Made by a program: the position numbers and the translations under genes. Of a stretch of 59,140 nucleotides of DNA, positions 31,389 to 40,989 are shown one piece after another (position 1 is the stretch's first letter; each line of letters opens with the position of its first letter). Where the stretch lies: positions 1-59,140 of the forward strand of contig CADBTR010000073.1 in the NCBI GenBank assembly GCA_902797675.1, read 5' to 3'. A model generated the notes under the pieces. It was given only the letters and a program-made list of their open reading frames with translations. It was not told the origin of the DNA and searched no databases. The stretch is from an uncultured Lachnospiraceae bacterium (lineage in GTDB: Bacteria > Bacillota > Clostridia > Lachnospirales > Lachnospiraceae).

Positions 31389-33086
31389 CTACTCTGTTTT
31401 TTTATCCGATTTTCTCATTCCCCGGAATCCGATGAAGAATCCGACGATCACCGCAAGGATCGCTCCGATCACTGCGAATACTTTCGCTGTAGTATTCGTT
31501 TTTTCGGTTTCGGAAGTGTCTGTGGAAGCTGCGGTTGTTTTTCCTGCTGTGCTTTTCGTATCATCGCTGCTTTCAACATCATCCGTATTGCTGTCTGCCG
31601 GCTGATTTGCGATAATGCTCTCATCGTAATCGGTGGAGGTGATCGCCTCTCCGTTTACATAAAGGGTAAAGCCGTTCAGATTGATATTGCTGTAATCCGA
31701 AAGCGCATCCTCTAAGCTGTCCACATAAGAATCTGCCGTCAATGTCCATGTGGAGGTGGCGTCCATCGTAAGATCGATCTGCTTTGCCTTATTTTCGCTG
31801 TCTATTGCGCCCTTTAAATTACTTCCCTCTGCAAGACTCATAGTCAGTGTAGAAATATCATCGGCATAAATATCACCGTCAATATCCTGATTGGTTGCAT
31901 TTAATGTAACCGTACCGCCGTTGGAACCGGAATTTCCCCATGCTCCCGCCTGGATTCTCAAAAAGATTCCGTCCTCATCGTTGTTGACGAATGTATTATT
32001 TTCCAGATCGATCGTTGCTTTCGTATTTGTCACAAAGATCGTATCCCCGTTATTCGTGGTGATCTTTGAATCCTTTGCGGAGAAGGATGCAGTTCCCTCG
32101 TCCGCATCTCCCGACATCGACTGATACAGGAAGATATTTTTATAAGTCTCGGATTGACCGTTTAACGTGGTATTGGAATCCGTCAAAGTTACATTGTCCA
32201 TTGTAATGGAATTTGCTCCCTCTACGATCGCACCCTCTGAAGCGGTTGCGGTAAGTGTCGCATCGCTGACCGTAATATCCGCTGTGGAATAGATCGCCGG
32301 TGAACCTACGCCGTTTGTGGTATATGTGCCGCCTGTTACGGTCAGAGTACCGCCGCCGCGGTCACTCCGGATGGATGCGGAAGACTGTCCCTCGGTTGTC
32401 ACCGTAAGATTTTCCGCATTTAAGGTACCGCCGCCGGTTACCATGACGCCGCCGGAATTATTTGCCGAAGTCTTGATCGTGGAATCCAGGATATTTAAAA
32501 TACCGGTTCCATAGGCAAATACCGCATTGGCATGTGAACCGTCTGTTGTGATCTCGCTGTCCTTGATGGTAAGCTCCGCTCCGCTGTTTACAAAAACAGC
32601 CGCATTCGTACCGTAGAAATCCGCGCTCTCTTCCGACGAATCTCCGGATTTTTTGACGGTGATCCCCGTAAGGGTCGATGTTCCGCCCGATACCAAAAGC
32701 GCATTCTGGCTTCCCGTCGTGCTGTCATAAGTGCTGTCCGATTCCTCGGTATCAGTTGTTATCTCTGTAGCTCCGGAATAAGTGATGCTGCTGTTATCGG
32801 AAGAACTTCCTCCCGGACCGCCCGATCCGTTTCCGCCGCCCGCTCCGTCCGGCGGTGTTCCGTTTCCTCCGCCTGCTCCGTCCGGCGGCGTTCCGTTTCC
32901 TCCGCCTGCTCCGTCCGGCGGTGTTCCATTTCCTCCGCCTGCTCCGTCCGGCGGTGTTCCCATCTCACTGCCCGATTGAGTATTCTGCTGACTGCTGCCT
33001 GAATTTGCCTCTGTCGCAAAAGCGCTTAACGATGTCGATGCTACCAGACTTGCTGTAAGAAGTCCTGCAATCCATTTTTTTCTCAT
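31389..33086 (-). CDS. Secreted, C-terminally anchored Ser/Thr/Gly-rich surface protein with probable beta-helix body
   Basis: Signal peptide (..SLSAFA), Gly/Pro repeats, repetitive beta-strand-like body (SDRGGG, IFLYQSMSGDA), C-terminal TM helix plus basic tail. Confidence 0.8.
   Translation of the reverse strand: MRKKWIAGLLTASLVASTSLSAFATEANSGSSQQNTQSGSEMGTPPDGAGGGNGTPPDGAGGGNGTPPDGAGGGNGTPPDGAGGGNGSGGPGGSSSDNSSITYSGATEITTDTEESDSTYDSTTGSQNALLVSGGTSTLTGITVKKSGDSSEESADFYGTNAAVFVNSGAELTIKDSEITTDGSHANAVFAYGTGILNILDSTIKTSANNSGGVMVTGGGTLNAENLTVTTEGQSSASIRSDRGGGTLTVTGGTYTTNGVGSPAIYSTADITVSDATLTATASEGAIVEGANSITMDNVTLTDSNTTLNGQSETYKNIFLYQSMSGDADEGTASFSAKDSKITTNNGDTIFVTNTKATIDLENNTFVNNDEDGIFLRIQAGAWGNSGSNGGTVTLNATNQDIDGDIYADDISTLTMSLAEGSNLKGAIDSENKAKQIDLTMDATSTWTLTADSYVDSLEDALSDYSNINLNGFTLYVNGEAITSTDYDESIIANQPADSNTDDVESSDDTKSTAGKTTAASTDTSETEKTNTTAKVFAVIGAILAVIVGFFIGFRGMRKSDKKTE
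32829..32960. repeat. 4 x 33-bp coding tandem repeat (GTPPDGAGGGN)4
   Basis: Unit gtttcctccgcctgctccgtccggcggtgttcc with few synonymous changes. Confidence 0.95.
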
Positions 33087-33234
33087 AAGTCATCACTCCT
33101 GTCTTTCTAATCTATCCTGCTTTTACCTCTTGCAAGGTATTTGGCTTTTTGTATCTTACGCCTTTATCCTACATACCAAACGTGATGATCTTATCATCTG
33201 CGCGTGAATATTATGTGAAAAAAATCACTTTTAT

Positions 33235-33293
33235 GTTTCCTTTCTTTACTCACCACCTATAGAGGTGGGAGATTGAATCGGAGTGCCGTTCAA
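33235..33293 (+). repeat. Dispersed palindromic repeat, copy 3 (modules C and D only)
   Basis: 58/59 identical to 46396-46454. Confidence 0.93.
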
Positions 33294-34056
33294 ATGTCCC
33301 TGTCCGGAACTCTGCCCAGCTGTACTGGCTCATATATTCTCCTCTGTAATTCTCCGCGGAATGTTTCCTTTGCGCCTCATAATAATCGCAGGCGATTTTA
33401 TCCGGCACCACCGCATAAGCATTTCTTGCGTAATACAGCACTTCCCCGTACCCTGCCTTCGTCAAGGTTCCCTTTAAATCTCTCCACACATGCCTGCAAT
33501 AATCCATCGCCTTTTCATCGGCATTGTCCTCCCAAAGGACGCCGCACAATTCTCCCATGTTCACCGCCGACCCGTTCCGGTCGATCAGATAGGCAAACAT
33601 TTCCTTTGTCCGGTTTCTTTGAAATTCAATGGGTTTTCCGTCTATAAACGCCTCAAAATTCCCGAAGCACTGCACATAAAGTCCTTTTCTCTCGACACTT
33701 ACCGGATGTCGGAGATTTTGCATGACTTTTATGATATCCTCCTCGTCGGCAGGCTTTAAAATATATCCGCTGGCAAATAAGTTCATGGCGTCCAGCGCAT
33801 ATTCCCGGTACGCGGTCACCATCACAATATTTACCATAGGATAACGTTTCTGGATCTCCTTTGCGATGGACAAACCGTCATGTCCCGGCATCTGCACATC
33901 CAGAAAAGCCACGTCCACAGAGAATTCCTCCACGATCTTCATAATATCCCCGTAATTATCCGCCATCTTAATCTTAGCGTCCGGCACCGCCTTCGCCACT
34001 ACTCTGGATAAATCCCGCAAAGCAAAGATCTCATCATCCGCAAGAAGTATGTTCAT
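33250..34056 (-). CDS. Response regulator (REC plus winged-helix/SARP-like output domain)
   Basis: LADDE, AFLDVQMPG, VTAY, YILKP, VQCFGNFE, KEMFAYLID. Confidence 0.9.
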   Translation of the reverse strand: MNILLADDEIFALRDLSRVVAKAVPDAKIKMADNYGDIMKIVEEFSVDVAFLDVQMPGHDGLSIAKEIQKRYPMVNIVMVTAYREYALDAMNLFASGYILKPADEEDIIKVMQNLRHPVSVERKGLYVQCFGNFEAFIDGKPIEFQRNRTKEMFAYLIDRNGSAVNMGELCGVLWEDNADEKAMDYCRHVWRDLKGTLTKAGYGEVLYYARNAYAVVPDKIACDYYEAQRKHSAENYRGEYMSQYSWAEFRTGTFERHSDSISHLYRW

Positions 34057-34088
34057 TCCTTATCCCTCCTCTAAATAACGTTAGTTTA

Positions 34089-35474
34089 TTATCTGACCAA
34101 CTCCGGTATACGCACCACCGCTTTTGTCCCTTTTCCGACTTCGCTCTCCACCATCAGTTCCCCGTCACACATCAATTCCAGTCTGGCTCTGACATTCTTT
34201 AAGCCCACATGCACCCGCTTTTCTTCTCTCTCCACGCCGCTTTCCTCGGACTGCGCCCGCTTCTCCCCTTCTGCGTTCTCCTCCAGCCATTCCTTTGAAA
34301 AGCCCGCGCCGTCATCCGTCACCTCGATCACATGATACCCGTCCTCCCGATATACATGTACGTTTACGGTTCCGCGACCATCCTCCGTCTTTCGGATTCC
34401 ATGGCGAACCGCATTTTCCACCAGAGTTTCAATAGTAAATGCCGGCAGCAGAAAATCCTGATCCTCCACGATAAACTCCGACCGGATCTTATCGCCGAAC
34501 CGTTTTTTCTCCATATACAGATAGTTTTCCACGATTCCAAGTTCCCTCTCCGCCGGAATACACGCTGTCTCCTCCAGAATATCCACCGAATCTCTCAAAT
34601 ATTTCGTAAAATGAGTCACAACCTCCGACGCCTCCGGATTATCATGGCAAAGATCCCGGATGATCAACAGGCAATTAAAAATAAAATGAGGCTGGATCTG
34701 TTTTTGAAATAAACGGATGCTCTCCTCTTTTCTCTTTACCTGTTCTTCCAAAAGACTTCTTTTCTCCCGATTCAATTCCGATTCCCGTTCCACCATAACA
34801 TCGGCAAATTGCATCTCATATACCAGAAATAACAAAAGCATACATACCGCACTGGCAAGACAGATAAATGAGACCCCGCCGATTAATGCCTGGGCAAGTC
34901 CTCCTGCGACCGTAACGCAGAGACATACCGCATAGGCATACCGCTCAAAGACATTCCAGAACTTCCAATACCGGAACACCATAATTCCCAGCAGCGCAAG
35001 GCATGAAAAACCGATCACATACTCCACCCACAGTGATTTTCCCACATGATATACATTTTCCTTGTCAATATAATAAAAATAATGAGAAAAACAGGAACCC
35101 ACAGACAACAGCCCCGCCGAAATACAAAATCCGTAAATAATATTCCGAAGCACAACCGGCGGATTTCCCGATCGCTTTCCCGCAAGATATGTCAAATACT
35201 GCGCCGATACCGCAAGGATTGCAAATCTCAAAAAAACCTCCGTAAACGCGCTGATCCGCACCATAAAATAAGCTGTCATCCCCTCCTGTCCCTGCAATGC
35301 CCAGAGAATCATATCATGCAGAAGCAGAAGCGTATTGCACAAAAGCAGACCGATCACCGTATCTGCGCCCTTCCGGTCAAAATGCCTTGAAGCGTAAACG
35401 CAAAGCGCGCAGAGCATACAGGAAATCGCCCCCCAAAATTCACATGAAATATGGATATATTGTCCCGCTGTCAT
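34089..35474 (-). CDS. Multi-TM LytS/YesM-type sensor histidine kinase (start 35474 by RBS; track gives 35531)
   Basis: About 7 TM helices, QIQPHFIFNCL, ETLVENAVRHG, DDGAGF, HVGLKNVRARL. Confidence 0.9.
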   Translation of the reverse strand: MTAGQYIHISCEFWGAISCMLCALCVYASRHFDRKGADTVIGLLLCNTLLLLHDMILWALQGQEGMTAYFMVRISAFTEVFLRFAILAVSAQYLTYLAGKRSGNPPVVLRNIIYGFCISAGLLSVGSCFSHYFYYIDKENVYHVGKSLWVEYVIGFSCLALLGIMVFRYWKFWNVFERYAYAVCLCVTVAGGLAQALIGGVSFICLASAVCMLLLFLVYEMQFADVMVERESELNREKRSLLEEQVKRKEESIRLFQKQIQPHFIFNCLLIIRDLCHDNPEASEVVTHFTKYLRDSVDILEETACIPAERELGIVENYLYMEKKRFGDKIRSEFIVEDQDFLLPAFTIETLVENAVRHGIRKTEDGRGTVNVHVYREDGYHVIEVTDDGAGFSKEWLEENAEGEKRAQSEESGVEREEKRVHVGLKNVRARLELMCDGELMVESEVGKGTKAVVRIPELVR

Positions 35475-35672
35475 ATCTATCCTTTCAAAAAAAGACGATG
35501 AAACATCCTGTCCTCTGACAAAACATTCCATCGTCCATTATTGTATATGATGATATCGGGTTCACTTTCGGTATTTTTCGGAACCTGCGTAAATGATACC
35601 ATGGTAAACAGGACAGATATAGGACAGAAGTTCCTTTAAATCGTCTAACTTTTTATATTATTGTCTGACTTT

Positions 35673-36545
35673 TTATCTGTAACATTCCGGTCTGCGGTCG
35701 CGGAACAATCCCCAGGAAAGCCGTTCCCGATCCAGCTGATCCAGATCAAAGGATGCAAGAATCACGCCCTCGCTTTCTCTGTCCGCCGCTACCACCAGTT
35801 CACCGGTATGATCGGTAATAAAGGAAGATCCGTAGAATTGAAGCGACGATTCCTGACCACCGTTTTCCCTGCAGGGCTGTACCGATTCCAGTCCCACCCG
35901 GTTTGCCGCAATCACCGGCATCAGATTGCAGGCGGCATGTCCCTGCATACAGCGCCTCCAATGCGGCATGCTGTCGCACTCTAAGATTGGCTCACTGCCG
36001 ATAGCAGTAGGATAAAACAGCAATTCCGCGCCTTTCACCGCCATACCTCTTGCCGTCTCCGGAAACCACTGATCCCAGCAGATTCCCACACCAATCCTTC
36101 CATAAGCGGTATCAAACACCTGAAATCCCGTATCTCCCGGCGTAAAATAGAATTTCTCCTGATAATAATGATCATCGGGAATATGGGTTTTCCGGTAAAT
36201 TCCTAAAATCCCGCCATCCGCATCGATGACTGCCACCGAATTGAACAACCGGTTGATATCACGTTCATAGAAACTGACGGGAAGAACAACGCCAAGCTCC
36301 TTTGCCACCTTTTGAAAATGGCAGACCGCATCATTTTCCATCAAAGGCTTTGCATATTCATAATATTCATATCTGCGCTCCTGGCAAAAATACTGCCGCT
36401 CAAATAATTCCGACAATAAGATAATATTCGCTCCTTTTTCCGCAGCCTCTCTCACAAATTTTTCCGCTTTTGCGATATTTTCCGAAACATTTTCGCTGCA
36501 GCTCATCTGCACCGCAGCAACCGTTACTTTTCTGTCTTTTCCCAT
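35673..36545 (-). CDS. aguB: N-carbamoylputrescine amidase
   Basis: Nitrilase fold: ELF, YRKTHIPD..YQEKFYF, ICWDQWFPE, YPTAIGSEP. Confidence 0.93.
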   Translation of the reverse strand: MGKDRKVTVAAVQMSCSENVSENIAKAEKFVREAAEKGANIILLSELFERQYFCQERRYEYYEYAKPLMENDAVCHFQKVAKELGVVLPVSFYERDINRLFNSVAVIDADGGILGIYRKTHIPDDHYYQEKFYFTPGDTGFQVFDTAYGRIGVGICWDQWFPETARGMAVKGAELLFYPTAIGSEPILECDSMPHWRRCMQGHAACNLMPVIAANRVGLESVQPCRENGGQESSLQFYGSSFITDHTGELVVAADRESEGVILASFDLDQLDRERLSWGLFRDRRPECYR

Positions 36546-36550
36546 AAAAA

Positions 36551-37651
36551 TTATCTCCCTTCCGCCGGAATCTGCTGCGTAATGCAGTGGATATTTCCAC
36601 CTCCCACAATGATTTCCCTTGCATAGACAGGAACGATCTCTCTCTCCGGAAACAGTCCGGCGAGAATCCTTACCGCCTCCCCGTCATTCGGATCATCAAA
36701 TTGCGGAACCAGCACGCAATGGTTTGCAATATAAAAATTAATATAGCTGGCGGCAAGTACCTCCCCCTCACTGCGGATATCCTCGCCCTCCTCGAACCGG
36801 TATCCCTCCAGATCCTCTCTTTTGACGCACACCGGATTTTTCGGCATCGGCATTTTATGGATCACCGGCTTCCTGCCCTTTGCATCGGTTACCGTCTGCA
36901 GATACGCAAAGCAGGACTGACTGTATTCATATTGAGGGTGCGCCGGATCCTCCGTCCAGGCAAGCACTACCTCGCCCGGTTTTACGAAAGCGCAGATATT
37001 GTCCACGTGTTCATTTGTCTCGTCCCCAAGGATTCCGTGAGGAAGCCAGAATACTTTTTTTGCCCCGAGATATTGACGCAATTTCTCTTCGATCTGTTCT
37101 CTGCTAAGCTCCGGATTTCTTCCCTGACTTAACAGACAGCTCTCCGTCACCATAACCGTACCTTCCCCGTCACTGTGAACGGAACCGCCCTCTAAAACAA
37201 AAGGAGACGCATCATAGCACTCATATCCCAGAAGCTCGCAGCACCTTCCGGCTACCTTCTGGTCTTTCTCCCAATGAGCGTACAAACCGTCATAAGTTCC
37301 GCCCCATGCGTTAAAATTCCAATTGACGCCCCTCACTTTTTCCCCGTCGGTAACAAAAGTCGGTCCCACATCTCGTGCCCAGGCATCATCGGAATCAACG
37401 ACAAGCACATGAACCTTCGGGGGCAGCATCTGTTTTGTCTCCGCTTCATGCTCCTCATCGGTAAGCATATAGACTTCCTCGCCCTTTGCAATTTCCCCGG
37501 CGATCTGCGCAAAGACCGGTTTTGCCCACAGACCGCTATAAGGCCATGAACCGGGACGTACCGGCCAGATCATAAGACACCCTCTCTGTTTTTCAAATTC
37601 ACCGGGCATATAAAATCCCTCCGCCGCCGGCGTTGTATTGCGATATCTCAT
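36551..37651 (-). CDS. aguA: Agmatine deiminase (start re-assigned to 37651)
   Basis: MPGEF, DAWARDVGP, FNAWGG, LEGGS, DETNEHVDN, GGGNIHCITQQ. Confidence 0.94.
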   Translation of the reverse strand: MRYRNTTPAAEGFYMPGEFEKQRGCLMIWPVRPGSWPYSGLWAKPVFAQIAGEIAKGEEVYMLTDEEHEAETKQMLPPKVHVLVVDSDDAWARDVGPTFVTDGEKVRGVNWNFNAWGGTYDGLYAHWEKDQKVAGRCCELLGYECYDASPFVLEGGSVHSDGEGTVMVTESCLLSQGRNPELSREQIEEKLRQYLGAKKVFWLPHGILGDETNEHVDNICAFVKPGEVVLAWTEDPAHPQYEYSQSCFAYLQTVTDAKGRKPVIHKMPMPKNPVCVKREDLEGYRFEEGEDIRSEGEVLAASYINFYIANHCVLVPQFDDPNDGEAVRILAGLFPEREIVPVYAREIIVGGGNIHCITQQIPAEGR

Positions 37652-37652
37652 C

Positions 37653-38780
37653 TTACGATAACCTTCCTTTAAAATCCTCATAGCCGAATGACCGCACCAC
37701 CCGGCAGTCGCCGCTCTCATCCATCACTGCGATATCCGGCAATCCGATCCCGTTAAACGTATTATTTTTCACCATAGAATAAATCGCCATATCCTCAAAA
37801 TATAATTTTTCTCCTACGTGAATCTCCCGGTCGAAAGAATAATCCCCGATCACATCACCGGCAAGACAGGTATTGGAAGATAAGCGATACGTATAGGCCT
37901 TTTCCTTCGGCTCTCCGGCTCCCCGTAACGGCGGACGGTAAGGCATCTCCAGCACATCCGGCATATGGCAGGCAGCGGAGGCATCCATGATCAATATTTC
38001 CCCTTCATTTTTCACACGTTCCAAAACTTCCGTCACCAGATAACCGGCGTTTAAAGCCACTGCTTCCCCGGGTTCTATATAAACCTGCACATGATACGTA
38101 TCCTGCACATGACGAATGCATTTTTTTAACCGGTCAATGTCATAATCCGCTCTTGTAATATGATGACCGCCTCCGAAATTCACCCATTTCATCCGATGCA
38201 GAACCGAAGAAAATTTTTCCTCCACCGCGCAAAGGGTTTTCTCCAGATCATCGGAATTTTGCTCGCACAGCGTATGAAAATGAAGTCCCTCCACATCTTC
38301 CAATTCCTCTTTACGAAAATCACACTGCCTGATTCCAAGTCTGGAGCCTGGAGCGCAGGGATCGTAGATCGCATGTCCCTCCTGGGTGGAACATTCCGGA
38401 TTGACGCGAAGTCCCATGCTCACCCCGTGTTTTTTACAGATCTCTTTATATTTCCTTAATTGCGAAAATGAATTAAAAATCACATGATCACAGATCGATG
38501 CGATCTCCTCCATTTCCTCCGGACGATATGCCGGAGAAAAAATATGATTTTCCTTATTCATTTCCTCTCTGCCCAATCTCGCCTCAAACAATCCGCTGGC
38601 AGTTGTGCCGCTGATATAAGAACCGATCAGGGGATATTCACAAAATGCAGAAAATGCTTTCTGTGCAAGCAAAATTCTGCATCCTGTGGTTTCCTCTACA
38701 TCATGTAAAATCTCAAGGTTCTTTTTCAATTGTTTTTCGTCGATGACATAACAAGGCGTTTTTAATTCCTGAATTTTCAT
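37653..38780 (-). CDS. nspC: Carboxy(nor)spermidine decarboxylase (start re-assigned to 38780)
   Basis: LLAQKAF, YDPCAPGSRLG, LHFHTLCEQ, HMPDVLEMPYRP, CLAGDVIGDY. Confidence 0.94.
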   Translation of the reverse strand: MKIQELKTPCYVIDEKQLKKNLEILHDVEETTGCRILLAQKAFSAFCEYPLIGSYISGTTASGLFEARLGREEMNKENHIFSPAYRPEEMEEIASICDHVIFNSFSQLRKYKEICKKHGVSMGLRVNPECSTQEGHAIYDPCAPGSRLGIRQCDFRKEELEDVEGLHFHTLCEQNSDDLEKTLCAVEEKFSSVLHRMKWVNFGGGHHITRADYDIDRLKKCIRHVQDTYHVQVYIEPGEAVALNAGYLVTEVLERVKNEGEILIMDASAACHMPDVLEMPYRPPLRGAGEPKEKAYTYRLSSNTCLAGDVIGDYSFDREIHVGEKLYFEDMAIYSMVKNNTFNGIGLPDIAVMDESGDCRVVRSFGYEDFKGRLS

Positions 38781-38831
38781 GCGCCTTCCTCGATTCTCTT
38801 CTGCTGTTCCCATGAGCAGCAACTTTCTGCT

Positions 38832-40091
38832 TTATTCCACTTCCTTCGGATTTTCTTCTACCTTCCACGGCAATCCGAAACGATTCAACGCCTCCATATA
38901 CGGATCCGGATCAAACTCCTCTACATTGAATACTCCCGGTTTTTTCCATGTTCCGTTTACCACCATCATGGTTCCGATCATTGCAGGCACTCCGGTGGTA
39001 TATGAAATCGCCTGAGATTCCACCTCCCGATAGCACTCCTGGTGATCGCAGACATTATAAATATAAATGGTTCTCTCTTTTCCGTCTTTCTTACCTTTGA
39101 AAATACATCCGATATTCGTTTTTCCCACAGTTCTCGGTCCAAGGCTTGCCGGATCCGGAAGCAATGCTTTCAGGAACTGGATCGGCACGATCTCCCTTCC
39201 CTCGAACATCACCGGTTTTGTGGACAGCATGCCCACATTTTCCAGACATTTCATATGGGTGAGATAACTCTGCCCGAAAGTCATAAAGAAACGGATTCTC
39301 TTTACCTCCGGAATATTTACCGCAATGGACTCGATTTCTTCATGGTGCAAAAGATACATATCTTTCATTCCCACTTCCGGAAAATCATATTCTCTCTTGA
39401 TGGACATGGCGGGAACCTCTACCCAGTGACCGTCCTCCCAATAAGACCCCGGCGCGGAAACCTCCCGCAGATTGATCTCCGGATTAAAATTCGTCGCAAA
39501 CGGATATCCGTGATCTCCGCCGTTACAGTCTAATATATCGATGGTATCAATGGTATCAAAATAATGTTTTTTCGCATAAGCGCAGAAAACGCCGGTGACT
39601 CCCGGATCAAATCCGGTTCCTAAAAGCGCCGTAATTCCTGCCTTTTCAAAACGCTCTCTGTAAGCCCACTGCCAGGAATAATCAAAATATGCCGTAAATC
39701 CTTTTTCCTTACAACGTTTTTCATAGATAGCGCGCCACTTCGGATCTTCCGTATTCTCCGCCTCATAATTTGCCGTATCAATATAATGCACGCCGGTCTC
39801 CAGACAGGCGTCCATAATGGTAAGATCCTGATAAGGCAGTGCCACATTCAATACCGCATCCGGCTTATAAGCACGGATCAGGGTGATCACATCCTCGGTG
39901 CGATCCGCATCTACCTGAGCCGTGGTGATTTTCGTCTTTGTTTTCCCCTCCAGTTTCTCCTTTAGGGCGTCACATTTTGCTTTCGTCCTGCTGGCAATAC
40001 ACAGTTCTTCAAATACCTCGCTGTTCTGACAACATTTCCGGATCGCAACCGACGCCACGCCGCCGCAGCCGATTACCAATACTCTGCTCAT
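38832..40091 (-). CDS. Carboxy(nor)spermidine dehydrogenase (saccharopine dehydrogenase family)
   Basis: GCGGVA, NVALPYQDL, DTANYE, GFDPGVT, FATNFNPEINLRE; upstream of nspC. Confidence 0.92.
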   Translation of the reverse strand: MSRVLVIGCGGVASVAIRKCCQNSEVFEELCIASRTKAKCDALKEKLEGKTKTKITTAQVDADRTEDVITLIRAYKPDAVLNVALPYQDLTIMDACLETGVHYIDTANYEAENTEDPKWRAIYEKRCKEKGFTAYFDYSWQWAYRERFEKAGITALLGTGFDPGVTGVFCAYAKKHYFDTIDTIDILDCNGGDHGYPFATNFNPEINLREVSAPGSYWEDGHWVEVPAMSIKREYDFPEVGMKDMYLLHHEEIESIAVNIPEVKRIRFFMTFGQSYLTHMKCLENVGMLSTKPVMFEGREIVPIQFLKALLPDPASLGPRTVGKTNIGCIFKGKKDGKERTIYIYNVCDHQECYREVESQAISYTTGVPAMIGTMMVVNGTWKKPGVFNVEEFDPDPYMEALNRFGLPWKVEENPKEVE

Positions 40092-40961
40092 TTATTTTTC
40101 CTCCTCCTCTAACATTTCCTCCACATAGCGGGGTAGCATAAACGCGCCCTTGTGAAGATTGGTTGTATAATACCTTGTCCGGATCCCCAGTTTTTTCCAC
40201 TCCTCTTTCCGCAGATCTTCCAACGGATGATACTTCTTGGAAGCAAAGCCGAACAGCCAGTATCCGGATGAACAGGTGGGAATGTGCGCCTGATAGACTC
40301 TGCTCACCGGAAAGGCTTTATATGCCTTGTGATGCATTTTCACACATTCTTCTTTATCATCATTATAGAAAGGACTTCCATGCTGATATACCATGATCCC
40401 GTCTTCTTTTAATGCTTTGTAGCAGCTTCCGTAAAATTCTTTGGTAAACAACCCTTCCGTGTAACCAAAAGGATCCGTTGCATCGTTAATAATGATATCA
40501 TACTCGTTATTTTTTCCCCTTAAAAAACGCAGACCGTCCTGATTGTAGACATGCACTCTCTCATCGGCAAAGCCTGCCGCAAGATTCGGAAAATGCGTCT
40601 TGCACACCCAGACGAACATTTCATCCGGTTCCACCACATCGATGGTCTCGATATCCTTGTAGCGGGCAAATTCCTTCGCCACGCCGCCGTCTCCACCGCC
40701 GATGATCAATACTTTTCTGACATTCGGGTGAACCGCCATAGGAACATGGGTCACCATTTCATCATAGATAAATTCGTCTTTTTCCGAAAATAAGATTTCT
40801 CCGTCCAACGCCAGAAATTTTCCGAATTCCGCAGATTCCAGCACGTCAATCCGCTGACAGTCACTGACGCCGCTGAATAATTGTTTTTCGATCCGCATGG
40901 ATAATTTCACATTGGGAGTATGAAGCTCTGAAAACCACATTTCCATAGAAATATTCCTCAC
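40092..40961 (-). CDS. speE: Spermidine synthase-like aminopropyltransferase
   Basis: DEFIYDEM..HVPMAVHP, IIGGGDGG, IINDATDP. Confidence 0.88.
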   Translation of the reverse strand: MRNISMEMWFSELHTPNVKLSMRIEKQLFSGVSDCQRIDVLESAEFGKFLALDGEILFSEKDEFIYDEMVTHVPMAVHPNVRKVLIIGGGDGGVAKEFARYKDIETIDVVEPDEMFVWVCKTHFPNLAAGFADERVHVYNQDGLRFLRGKNNEYDIIINDATDPFGYTEGLFTKEFYGSCYKALKEDGIMVYQHGSPFYNDDKEECVKMHHKAYKAFPVSRVYQAHIPTCSSGYWLFGFASKKYHPLEDLRKEEWKKLGIRTRYYTTNLHKGAFMLPRYVEEMLEEEEK

Positions 40962-40989
40962 TTTCTTTTATACCGGTACCATTCGGTTT

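Noticed and set aside
32829-32960. 33-bp repeats as a CRISPR array
   Set aside because: Units are contiguous with no spacers, lie in frame within a protein, and no cas genes are present
35610-35628. aggacaga direct repeat (11-bp period) upstream of the histidine kinase
   Set aside because: Only two short units, differing from the GTGA sites near the presumed target gene; insufficient support
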